Shown: piece after piece, positions 9,214 to 17,996 of the stretch | Position numbering within the stretch: the stretch's first letter is position 1 | Layout of the letters: the number at the start of each line of letters is the position of its first letter | Origin: an uncultured Candidatus Saccharibacteria bacterium | Lineage (GTDB): Bacteria; Patescibacteriota; Minisyncoccia; Phycocordibacterales; SIBU01 | Direction: 5' to 3' | Assembly (NCBI GenBank): GCA_964430335.1 | Contig: CAYSEN010000001.1 | Span: forward strand, 1,653-65,652 | Length of the DNA stretch: 64,000 nucleotides | Made by a program: the position numbers and the translations under genes | The notes under the pieces: generated by a model | The model's database searches: none | Seen by the model: the letters and a program-made list of their open reading frames with translations, nothing else | Told to the model about the DNA's origin: nothing

Positions 9214-9789
9214 TTATGGGCCAACTCGGTACCGCCTGATGGGCCCGGGACCATTGAGGTCCCGGATCTCCCGGATTCCTCCGGGAGATCCCCAGTAACG
9301 GTACCCTCCAGGGGGCGTGGGTGGTTCCCAACTGTATCCAGGAACCGTACCACCCTGTGGAAGCACGACCGGGACAGCTGGTGGTGTCATGACAACACCT
9401 TGAGGTGGCTGGGACCAAACCTGCCCTGGAGGAGGCGTGGCCCAGCTTCGCTGGGGACCAAAATTGAACTGTCCGTTCGATCCTGCTTGCGCCTGCTGTG
9501 CAGACGCAAGCCCGTTGGTGCGAGCGTACTCATGCTCACGACGCTCGTACTCCATCTTCACCATCGCCTCCTCGTGTCGGAGGCGTGCCTCCTGCAGTGA
9601 CCGGACATGCCGGTCGTATTGCTTGCCGCCATTTTCTAGCACCCTCTGTTCGGGCTCTTGCCCAAACTGATAGGGGCCCTGTCCACGAACGGCGCGGACG
9701 TGCTCGACCCGTGGGGTCGACGAACAACCGGCGAGAAGTACGGCCATTGTGGCGACGATGACCGAACCGATGAATTTAAAGGTCTTCAT
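9214..9789 (-). CDS. proline-rich lipoprotein encoded in a high-GC (about 60%) gene
   Basis: Signal peptide plus lipobox LLAGCSS. Pro/Gly/Gln-rich C-terminus. Composition is sharply different from the flanks. A hairpin ggcacttcg-ataatc-tcgaagtgcc lies 3' at 9166-9190. Confidence 0.5.
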   Translation of the reverse strand: MKTFKFIGSVIVATMAVLLAGCSSTPRVEHVRAVRGQGPYQFGQEPEQRVLENGGKQYDRHVRSLQEARLRHEEAMVKMEYERREHEYARTNGLASAQQAQAGSNGQFNFGPQRSWATPPPGQVWSQPPQGVVMTPPAVPVVLPQGGTVPGYSWEPPTPPGGYRYWGSPGGIREIRDLNGPGPIRRYRVGP

Positions 9790-9973
9790 AACACAGAATT
9801 TCTGTAATGGAGCATTTTGCTCCGGGTTGAATTGCAGGCGGATTTGCCTAATATAATAATAGCATTATTTGTGCTAAATGTCAATACATAGTTGGGCTCT
9901 AATCGCCTTGTTTTCCAACATTTTTTAGCCTTTTCCATTTGTGTAAAGATATAAAAAAAGCTAAAATCTTTGC

Positions 9974-11650
9974 ATGGTAATTCAATTTGACGAGGACAAA
10001 CAAAATCAAAAACTCGACACTCTCCGAAAAAAAGAAGAAGAAGACTTCGCAAAGGACACCGCTGAAAGACTTGGACTTGAATACATAAACCTAATTCTTG
10101 TACCCATAAACACCGAGGCACTAAAATTGGTGCCCGAGCAACAAGCCAGACAGGCGAAAATTGCCCCTTTTAACATTGTCGGAAAAAAAGTTCAGGTTGC
10201 AGTCTCCTCCCCCGAATCAAGCGCTACAGCAGAGGTTTTAGAATCACTATCGAAAAGCGGTTACAGCTTGATCGTGTTTGTAACAACTCACGAAAGCCTA
10301 GAAAAAGCTTGGGGCTACTACAAAGATCTTTCATACTCAACAGAATCGACCGCAGGAGCGCTCGACGTTTCAAGTGATGAAATCGGTCAGTTTCTATCTA
10401 AGGTACACTCCATTAAAGATATTGGTACCCTCATTGAAGATATACTTGCTCAGAAAAAAAGTTACAGAATCTCTCGCTTGATTGAGATCGTCCTTGCCGG
10501 AGCAATAGCAACACACGCTTCGGATATTCACATAGAACCAGAAGAAGGTTACGCAAGGCTCCGCTACAGACTTGATGGGGTTTTAAACGATGTTCTCAAA
10601 TTTGATAAGGAGACTTTTGACTTAGCCCTATCTAGAATCAAATTGCTTTCTGGTCTAAAGCTAAATGTTAAATCTGAAGCTCAGGACGGAAGATTTAGTG
10701 TAAAAATAAACGGTGATGATATTGAAATAAGAACCTCCCTGCTCCCAGGAGCTTACAGCGAATCAGTGGTAATGAGAATTCTTAACCCTAAATCGATCAA
10801 TGTGCCGATCGAATCGCTCGGCATTAACCCAAAACTTTTGGAAATTTTGCTACATGAAATTAGTAAACCTCACGGTATGATTCTCACCACAGGTCCTACA
10901 GGTAGCGGTAAAACTACAACGCTCTACGCTTTCCTTAAAAAAATTCACACTCCAGACATAAAGATTATTACGATTGAAGATCCTATCGAGTATCACTTAC
11001 CAGGAATTGTGCAAACTCAAACAAATTCTGAGAAGGGGTACACTTTCCTAGAAGGATTACGTAGCGCGCTTCGACAAGACCCAGACGTGATCATGGTTGG
11101 TGAAATCAGAGACAGCGAAACAGCTGAAATCGCAGTGAACGCCGCCGAAACAGGACACTTAGTGTTCTCTACTCTTCACACTAATACTGCAGCTGGTACA
11201 TTCCCACGCCTCGTAGACCTCGGAGTGAATCCAAAAACCATGGCCTCAGCAATCAATGTATCGATGGCTCAAAGATTGGTAAGAACCCTGTGCAAGGATT
11301 GTAAAAAAGAAGTTGCGATTACCGGAAAAGAAAAAACTCTGATTGATAACATCGTCGCCTCCCTTCCAGATCAAAGCGAAGTTACAAACACTGAAAAAAT
11401 GTGGGTTGAAAATGGTTGTGACAAATGCAATCACACAGGTTTTAAAGGAAGAGTCGGAATATATGAGGCAATTTTAATGAATGAAGTAATAGAAACCGTA
11501 GTAAGAGAAAATCCTAGTGAAAGAGAAATTCAAAAAGCTGCTCTACCACAAAAAATTCCGACAATGAAACAGGATGGAATCATAAAAGTCCTAAACGGTA
11601 CGACTTCCTTAGGAGAATTATCAAGAATAGTCGACCTAGAAAAAGAATAA
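9974..11650 (+). CDS. pilB: type IV pilus/type II secretion assembly ATPase (GspE/PilB family)
   Basis: Walker A GPTGSGKTTT. A GspE N-terminal-like domain. Tetracysteine CKDC...CDKC. Confidence 0.85.
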   Translation: MVIQFDEDKQNQKLDTLRKKEEEDFAKDTAERLGLEYINLILVPINTEALKLVPEQQARQAKIAPFNIVGKKVQVAVSSPESSATAEVLESLSKSGYSLIVFVTTHESLEKAWGYYKDLSYSTESTAGALDVSSDEIGQFLSKVHSIKDIGTLIEDILAQKKSYRISRLIEIVLAGAIATHASDIHIEPEEGYARLRYRLDGVLNDVLKFDKETFDLALSRIKLLSGLKLNVKSEAQDGRFSVKINGDDIEIRTSLLPGAYSESVVMRILNPKSINVPIESLGINPKLLEILLHEISKPHGMILTTGPTGSGKTTTLYAFLKKIHTPDIKIITIEDPIEYHLPGIVQTQTNSEKGYTFLEGLRSALRQDPDVIMVGEIRDSETAEIAVNAAETGHLVFSTLHTNTAAGTFPRLVDLGVNPKTMASAINVSMAQRLVRTLCKDCKKEVAITGKEKTLIDNIVASLPDQSEVTNTEKMWVENGCDKCNHTGFKGRVGIYEAILMNEVIETVVRENPSEREIQKAALPQKIPTMKQDGIIKVLNGTTSLGELSRIVDLEKE

Positions 11651-11669
11651 CTTGCAAAAAATTGAACAA

Positions 11670-11701
11670 TACCGGCTCGACATGTGTCGAGCCGGTATTG
11701 C
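11670..11701 (+). terminator. rho-independent terminator after pilB
   Basis: aataccggctcgaca-tg-tgtcgagccggtatt followed by T-rich sequence. Confidence 0.7.
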
Positions 11702-12078
11702 TTTTCCTATTTTTCCTGTTGAAAACGTTTTTTTCGATTGCCTTTAAAAAAAAGCGATAGTACTATAAGTGCAGTAGTTTAATTTCAGAAGAAAGTTCTT
11801 CCAAAACATAAATCTCTAAGCAATACTTTTAATATGCGTACTAAAAGTTAAATATATCCCCAAGGATAGCCCCAGCAAATTACCGAAGTAATAACCAGAA
11901 CGTCCTCAAAAAAATATTAGGAAGCCTCGGAAGGCCTAATTGCTTAGAGATTTATATTTTGGATGACAATAATTCACCAAAAAAGAATTTTGACGAATCG
12001 GCAATAAAAAATACGCATAACTGCGCAAATGAATTAGCCTTTTAAGGACTGCAGAGAGTCTATCACACAAAAGATTTT

Positions 12079-13158
12079 ATGTCAAGAAAGTCTAACACAA
12101 AACGAGCAGAAAATGACTCCGAAGAAAACAACACACCTGATGAAAAAACCATAAAAGACAAGGTTTTTTCGGACGATGAAGGTTTTTTAGATCAAACTCT
12201 AAGACCAAGTCATTGGGACGAATATATCGGTCAAAAAAATATTAAGGAGAATTTGAGGATTCTTTTGACCGCTGCCGCTGAAAGAAAACACCCGCCGGAG
12301 CATCTTTTGTTTTACGGCCCTCCAGGATTGGGAAAAACTACCCTCGCCCACCTCATTGCCAAGGAAATTGGTGCACAAATCAAGATAACTTCAGGACCTG
12401 CCATTGAAAAAGTTGGAGATTTAGCATCCGTACTTACAAATTTGTCACCAGGAGACATTCTTTTTATCGATGAAATTCACCGTCTCAACAAAGCTATCGA
12501 GGAAGTGCTATATCCAGCAATGGAATCTGGTCAGCTCGACATCATAATCGGCAAAGGTCCATCAGCCCGCACAATCCAACTTGAACTTCCTCCTTTTACT
12601 CTAATCGCCGCAACTACACGCATCGCACTTCTCTCTTCCCCGCTACGATCACGCTTTGGCGGAGGAGTTTTCAGACTCGAATTTTATTCTGATGAAGAAA
12701 TAGAGGAAATTGTAAAAAGATCTGCAAAAATTTTAGGAGTGGCGGTAGAAAAAACCGCCTCGCAAGAAATTGCCAAGAGAAGTCGTTTCACTCCAAGAAC
12801 TGCAAACTATCTTTTAAAACGAGCCCGAGATTTTGCTCAGGTGAACAAAGGTGATCTTACAAAAGAGATCGTTGATAAATCACTAGCACTGCTCGGAATC
12901 GATGAGCTTGGACTTGGGCACTCAGACAGAGCGCTTCTAAATACACTTATAGAAAAATTTAACGGTGGCCCTGTTGGACTAAACACTTTAGCAGCAGCTC
13001 TTTCTGAGGAGCAAGCAACCATAGAAGAAGTTCATGAACCCTACCTTCTCCAACTTGGCCTGATCGAACGCACACCGAGAGGACGTGTCGCATCCGAAAA
13101 AGCATATCGTCATCTCAAAATCTCCGTTCCAAAAAATCTTCAAGAAAAGCTCCTGTAA
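12079..13158 (+). CDS. ruvB: Holliday junction helicase RuvB (with roughly 45-aa acidic N-terminal extension)
   Basis: GPPGLGKTTLA Walker A, DEIHRL sensor, and RuvB C-terminal winged helix. Confidence 0.9.
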   Translation: MSRKSNTKRAENDSEENNTPDEKTIKDKVFSDDEGFLDQTLRPSHWDEYIGQKNIKENLRILLTAAAERKHPPEHLLFYGPPGLGKTTLAHLIAKEIGAQIKITSGPAIEKVGDLASVLTNLSPGDILFIDEIHRLNKAIEEVLYPAMESGQLDIIIGKGPSARTIQLELPPFTLIAATTRIALLSSPLRSRFGGGVFRLEFYSDEEIEEIVKRSAKILGVAVEKTASQEIAKRSRFTPRTANYLLKRARDFAQVNKGDLTKEIVDKSLALLGIDELGLGHSDRALLNTLIEKFNGGPVGLNTLAAALSEEQATIEEVHEPYLLQLGLIERTPRGRVASEKAYRHLKISVPKNLQEKLL

Positions 13159-13177
13159 AACAGCCAAAATAAAAGCC

Positions 13178-13212
13178 GCCGCGACAAGGTCGCGGCGGCT
13201 TTTATTTTTGTG
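13178..13212 (+). terminator. rho-independent terminator after ruvB
   Basis: aaaagccgccgcgacc-aaggtcgcggcggcttttattttt. Confidence 0.8.
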
Positions 13213-13482
13213 TGCCGAAGAGAGAGATTGCGATCCAAAAAGGTTGAACCTTTTTGGATCTAAACACACATTTCACTCTGCATTTTGTGGGCTTGTGACC
13301 AGCATCAATCTCAAAGTTAAATATTTAGAATGATGGCTGCATTAAAATGTGGAGAATTTTCATCCAGCACAAATCACTTTGTGATGGATTAACCCTAAAT
13401 CGAAACTTGAGATTCTCCCGAACTCACGCTTCTCTTAACCTTCGCGGACTTTTATAAGGAGGTCCGCACCCCGTGAAATAGA

Positions 13483-13791
13483 TCAACCGCCTTGGCTGAC
13501 CCATCGCTTGGCGGCATCAAGAGCCTCTCCAGCGTTCTCGAAACAGACAATGTCCGTTTCGTTGTGCCAGAACTTAATCTGGTCTGTGGCGTTCGCCAGC
13601 GCATCCAGCACCTCGGCGTCCGTCACTATTTTTCGAGTCGGGTGTAAACCCCGACCGAAGAAGCGTTCGAAACAACCTTCGGAACCTCGAACGCCTGAAA
13701 TCTGGAATGTTCGGTCACCAACCTTCCATTCCAGAGATTTCCGATTCCCCTCCACCCAAATGCGGAGGAGGGCTAGTTGTGTGGTGTTCAT
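13483..13791 (-). CDS. hypothetical protein (high-GC island)
   Basis: ORF in a high-GC region. No family recognised. Confidence 0.35.
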   Translation of the reverse strand: MNTTQLALLRIWVEGNRKSLEWKVGDRTFQISGVRGSEGCFERFFGRGLHPTRKIVTDAEVLDALANATDQIKFWHNETDIVCFENAGEALDAAKRWVSQGG

Positions 13792-13816
13792 AATGAACAG
13801 GGTGTGGGGTAAAGCC

Positions 13817-14197
13817 CTACACCAACGAGATCAGACAGACCTCTTTTTCCGTCATGTCACCCATACACCCGTAAGGGCAGTGGCCCTTTGGGGTGACATC
13901 GTAATCGTAGGAGATTCCAATGTTGCCGCAAATGCAGCAGCCTCCTCCTGGGACCCACCACACACCGGCGATGGGTTGAAAAACTCCCGTAGGAGTCAGA
14001 TAGGCCAGGAGTCCTTCGGATTCCTGGCCGCTATAGACAAGACGCTTTTTTGCAGCGTCTAGCACGGGGACACACTCTTCCCCCTGTGTTACTGAGCCGT
14101 CGGCCCAGTAACAGACGTAGCGAGGAATCTCGTTCCTCGCCTGAAGAGAACGAAGCAATGCTTCGATCTCTTTTTTTGATTTTGTTGAACTACTCAT
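13817..14197 (-). CDS. hypothetical Cys-rich protein (high-GC island)
   Basis: Cys cluster GGGCCICGN...HCPYGC. No family recognised. Confidence 0.35.
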   Translation of the reverse strand: MSSSTKSKKEIEALLRSLQARNEIPRYVCYWADGSVTQGEECVPVLDAAKKRLVYSGQESEGLLAYLTPTGVFQPIAGVWWVPGGGCCICGNIGISYDYDVTPKGHCPYGCMGDMTEKEVCLISLV

Positions 14198-14285
14198 AGA
14201 ATTTCATTTTCGAAAAATCAAAAACAAAATTCTATGAGTAGTGCTGAATACTGTCTTTAGATTTACCAACGTTTTGATAAACCCA

Positions 14286-14321
14286 ATAAACAGGAGAAGT
14301 TGTAACCGCAACTTCTCCAAA
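14286..14321. repeat. hairpin direct repeat copy 1 (ataaacaggagaagttgtaaccgcaacttctccaaa)
   Basis: 10-bp perfect stem ggagaagttg/caacttctcc. Near-identical copy at 16058-16093. The flanks (tgataa... and ...cgacaattt) are also shared. Confidence 0.75.
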
Positions 14322-14481
14322 CCTAACGACAATTTTTTCTCGGGATAGTCGTCCTTCCCATGACACTGCATGTCAGGCCACACCATTTAGAACGGTGGCA
14401 ACTTTCCAGCATTTTTCATGCCGGACTTTTACGCACTTCTGTTACGAAGGTGGTGCGATCCTTCGGATGTCTTTCCATCAG

Positions 14482-14805
14482 TCAGAGAGTGACGCGGATA
14501 GCCACAACCTCGTCGTCCGCACTGCATTTGAATATACCAAGTACCTGTTCAAGGCCGTTTGTGCGACGTTGAAAGTCTTGGTCATCATTTGCATTGTGAC
14601 GATTGGTGGCATTTTCATGCGCAGTCTTCGGGAAAAAACAAACGCAATAAACGCTGTCGTTCCAAAAACCTGAACATGAATCCTCATCACTCTCTCCCTC
14701 CAAAATCGCTTCTGGCACATAAGTGAAATCAAATGTACCGAAGGTATTTCGAGCAATCTTTATTGCCCGAATGATCTCAGAGGGATTAAGGCTAACTTCC
14801 TTCAT
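14482..14805 (-). CDS. hypothetical protein (107 aa from MKEV start)
   Basis: Strong SD GGGAGGAG upstream of the ATG (MKEVSLNP). The ORF-track N-terminal extension is probably not translated. Confidence 0.4.
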   Translation of the reverse strand: MKEVSLNPSEIIRAIKIARNTFGTFDFTYVPEAILEGESDEDSCSGFWNDSVYCVCFFPKTAHENATNRHNANDDQDFQRRTNGLEQVLGIFKCSADDEVVAIRVTL

Positions 14806-14923
14806 GGAAGCTCTCCTCCCACTTTTTTCACTGAAGTGGCAAACCGTCGAATGCAGTTCCGCCAAACAGCTCACGTTTTACGATAGGCAGTGAGGGCCTT
14901 TGAGAGACTGACGGTCTCTCAAA

Positions 14924-15853
14924 CTACTTGAGGTACTTCGTGAGCACCTCAACCACCCGCTCGACTGAAAGGGTCGAGCTGACACCCTGAGGGCTTCCGC
15001 CGATGGTCGGGGAACCTCCCCAACCCGGCTCGAGGGTCGCCAACTCGGCGAGCGCGGACTTGATGTCCGCGTACTTGCTGGCCTCGAAGGCGCAGATCGT
15101 GAACTTCCGGTGGGGCTCTCCCGCCCCGAGCCGAAAGCTCGGGTTGAGCGCCACCACGACCGGCGCCAGCGCATAGCCAACCGACGTGGCGGCGCGGTGC
15201 GTCGACTCGACGACCGCAATGCACCCGCCGGCACAAACCTCGTGCCGAATCGCTCCGCTCTCAAGAGCGGCGATCATGTCGGCGCGCTCGCGCTCAACCT
15301 GAGCGCGATAGTTGCCCGGCTCCTCGCCGGTCAACAACCACTTTTCCATAGTGGCGACCCGCTCCCCGAGTGGGATCTTGAAGTCCGCAACCGCCGCCGC
15401 AATCGCGGCGAGCGGTCGGGACGATTCGGCCCCTGCCGAGCTATCGTCCCACGGGCTGCCCCGGGTCGGGAGGGGTTTCGGGCCGGTGTACCCGCCACGT
15501 GCGAACTTGTCGGCGGCGGCAACCATACTGATCCGATCCATCGCGGACTCGAGACCTTCGCCCTTCGCCCGGATGTTGAAGATCGCCATCGCCCCAACAC
15601 TGTCGAGGTCGGCTCGCACAGTGACCAATGTCGCCCTCTCGGCCGGGATCTCTACCGTCAGCGCGGCCTCGATGGCCGAGCTGTTGGCGTCTCCTTCCGA
15701 TCCGTGCTGGGGGTCGAGGTTGTACACGCACCGAGCCGCAAGGCTCGGGACGGTCACCTCGATTCCGAACACCTGCCCGGACGAGAAAACCTTCTCGTTC
15801 GCCTCAGAGGCGGCCGGAAGATTGCGGGGATCCAGAATTGCAAAATGAAACAT
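14924..15853 (-). CDS. hypothetical protein (309 aa, about 65% GC) with C-terminal Gly-rich motif GWGGSPTIGGSPQG
   Basis: ATG (MFHFAILDP) preceded by AGGTGA. Many overlapping ORFs here are high-GC artefacts. No confident family. Confidence 0.45.
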   Translation of the reverse strand: MFHFAILDPRNLPAASEANEKVFSSGQVFGIEVTVPSLAARCVYNLDPQHGSEGDANSSAIEAALTVEIPAERATLVTVRADLDSVGAMAIFNIRAKGEGLESAMDRISMVAAADKFARGGYTGPKPLPTRGSPWDDSSAGAESSRPLAAIAAAVADFKIPLGERVATMEKWLLTGEEPGNYRAQVERERADMIAALESGAIRHEVCAGGCIAVVESTHRAATSVGYALAPVVVALNPSFRLGAGEPHRKFTICAFEASKYADIKSALAELATLEPGWGGSPTIGGSPQGVSSTLSVERVVEVLTKYLK

Positions 15854-16057
15854 TTTGTAATTCACCTATCTTCAAACAAAAGCAAAAAAATGTGACTATT
15901 TTGGTACACACTTATTTTGTTCTCACAAAACGCGGGTTTCTAAGTCGCGAATTGTGCCTGAATCGGATTTGTCGACAAGTGAGCGGGGGTCTAGACTGTC
16001 CCCATTCACCTGTCGAAACCAATTCGTGTCTACAGACTGGCAAAATTTGTCAGCCTG

Positions 16058-16093
16058 ATAAACAGGAGAAGTTGTAACCACAACTTCTCCAAA
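16058..16093. repeat. hairpin direct repeat copy 2 (ataaacaggagaagttgtaaccacaacttctccaaa)
   Basis: See copy 1. There is one loop substitution (g to a). Confidence 0.75.
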
Positions 16094-16158
16094 ACCCGTG
16101 CGACAATTTATCCATTTTGTGGAATAGGAAGTCGCCCTTCCTTTGTTGTTGGTCTGGA

Positions 16159-16557
16159 CTAGCGATATGTTGCATCTTTCCAGACTGTAAAACTACGACC
16201 TTCCGCGGTCGTAGTTTCGATGATCTGGTGACCGGGAGCTTCCCCGGTCTCAGCCAGAACCTCCTCATCCAGGCATTCCATCCTGGATGAAAGAGTGGTC
16301 AGCCGGAGATTCCCGGCCACGGCGAGTTTCTCGAACTCGCCGTTCATCTCGCGCAACTGCGCGAGACAGTAAGCCAGATGTTCTGGCGCATCTTCGACGC
16401 CTGTAGCATCGACCGATATCTCCGGACCGCACAGGCAGTCCGGAGATGTCTCATTCAGAAAGAGCAACTGCCCCCTCCGAACGAACCACAATTTCATTTT
16501 CATAAAATTGTAAAAAGGATGGTACCGCCAGCCAACATGGCCAGCGAACAAATACAA
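16159..16557 (-). CDS. hypothetical protein (island)
   Basis: ORF track. AGAGGG-like SD before the first ATG. Confidence 0.3.
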   Translation of the reverse strand: MYLFAGHVGWRYHPFYNFMKMKLWFVRRGQLLFLNETSPDCLCGPEISVDATGVEDAPEHLAYCLAQLREMNGEFEKLAVAGNLRLTTLSSRMECLDEEVLAETGEAPGHQIIETTTAEGRSFTVWKDATYR

Positions 16558-17189
16558 TCCCTCTTTCCGGCACTAAGTAAATCTAACGCCGGAGAAGAGG
16601 AATAACATTGCGGTTATTGCTTTGGCAAAATTTGTTCCGCCTTACTCCTTCCTCTCTATTTAGTTTTCAAATTACTTCCCTACTCTACCTATCACTTTCC
16701 GCAACTCGCGGACTTCCTGGTGTAAGGACATTTTGAAGTACAAAGTGGGTTAGACTTTACACTTCATCGATGTCCTGACGAGCCTTCTCGTCGACAACGG
16801 GCGATGAGTTTACCTTAAAGGTATATCTCCGTCATTTGGAATGGGTTTCGAAGCCAGACCATATGTAGAGCACTCATCATTCGAAACGAGATATTCAAAA
16901 GGCTGCCTCTCTCCCCACTCTCTCTTCTTTCCATACTTAGCCGCTTTCGCGGAGGCTATGGGACCTTCCCTTTCGGGCTAGAGGTGGGGGGCAATCTTTC
17001 GGCTATCTCCTGAACGAACTTGACTTTCTGGCAATAGAATATCTTAATTAGATAGCGAGTGTCAATTATTTATGACATAAAATGGCCGGTTATTGCAAAA
17101 TCTAGTAACAACATGGATTTTATGGCTTATCCACATATTACTATTGTCATATACTTGTGACAAAAACAGCTTTATGCTAGACTAAAAGT

Positions 17190-17996
17190 ATGGAAAATTC
17201 ATCATACGAAAAATTTTTAAGCGAGTTGGGCCTAACAAAAGAACAATCTTCCGTGTATGAAAGCCTTCTAAAAAACGGCCTTTTGCCGGCTAGACTTGTT
17301 TCCTTAAAAACAGGAATAAAGCGCAGCTTGGCCTATAAGATAATTGAACAGCTGATTGCCCTAGGTTTGGTTGAAAAAAGGGAAAATATTGGCAAAGTCA
17401 CTCTGTTCTTCCCTACCCATCCCGGAAAACTTCGTGAATTGGTCCAGAGACGCGAGGAGGAGCTGAAAAAGGCGGAGGCTAGCCTCGGTGGAATTATGGG
17501 CAAAATGGTTTCGGATTTTAATTTACTTTCAGGAAAGCCAAATGTTCAATTCTATGAAGGAATGGACGGTATGAAAAAAGTTCTTGAAGACTCTTTGACT
17601 GCGGAGGGTGAGATTTTGGCTTACTCAGATATTGTGGCGATACAAAAATACATACCCGAAGTAAATGCTGACTACGTTGCGAAAAGAAGAAAATTTGGTG
17701 TTAAGAAAAAAGGTTTGATATTTGATTCTCCAGAAGCTAGAAAAATACTAGAGGGTTACAATCCTGACATTACTGAAAACAAATTCATTAAATTTAAAGC
17801 TGATCCTTCAAAAACAATTATGCAGATATATGACAACAAGATTTCATATATCACTCTTAGTGAAAATCAAATGATAGGCGTTATTGTGGAGGACAAACAA
17901 ATCGCTTCACTGCACAGAAACCTATACGAGTATCTTTGGAATACTATTCCGCAAGACGGCTCATCTGCGTCGGTCGCGAAAAAGTTTGAAGATTAG
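17190..17996 (+). CDS. TrmB-family transcriptional regulator (N-terminal winged HTH plus C-terminal domain)
   Basis: N-terminus LTKEQSSVYESLLKNGLLPARLVSLKTGIKRSLAYKIIEQLIALGLV is wHTH-like. Size is typical of TrmB. Confidence 0.5.
   Translation: MENSSYEKFLSELGLTKEQSSVYESLLKNGLLPARLVSLKTGIKRSLAYKIIEQLIALGLVEKRENIGKVTLFFPTHPGKLRELVQRREEELKKAEASLGGIMGKMVSDFNLLSGKPNVQFYEGMDGMKKVLEDSLTAEGEILAYSDIVAIQKYIPEVNADYVAKRRKFGVKKKGLIFDSPEARKILEGYNPDITENKFIKFKADPSKTIMQIYDNKISYITLSENQMIGVIVEDKQIASLHRNLYEYLWNTIPQDGSSASVAKKFED

Noticed and set aside
9102-9761. Overlapping ORFs around the high-GC lipoprotein gene (9102-9353, 9110-9418, 9400-9600, 9437-9670, 9498-9761, 9536-9727)
   Set aside because: GC-driven artefacts. 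The lipoprotein frame (signal peptide plus lipobox) is the credible one.
14878-16077. Multiple overlapping ORFs in the high-GC island (14878-15264, 14949-15236, 15110-15895, 15312-15848, 15331-15600, 15441-15731, 15628-16077)
   Set aside because: High GC suppresses stop codons in all frames. They overlap the better-supported 14924-15853 gene, which has an SD, and encode Arg/Pro/Ala-rich junk.
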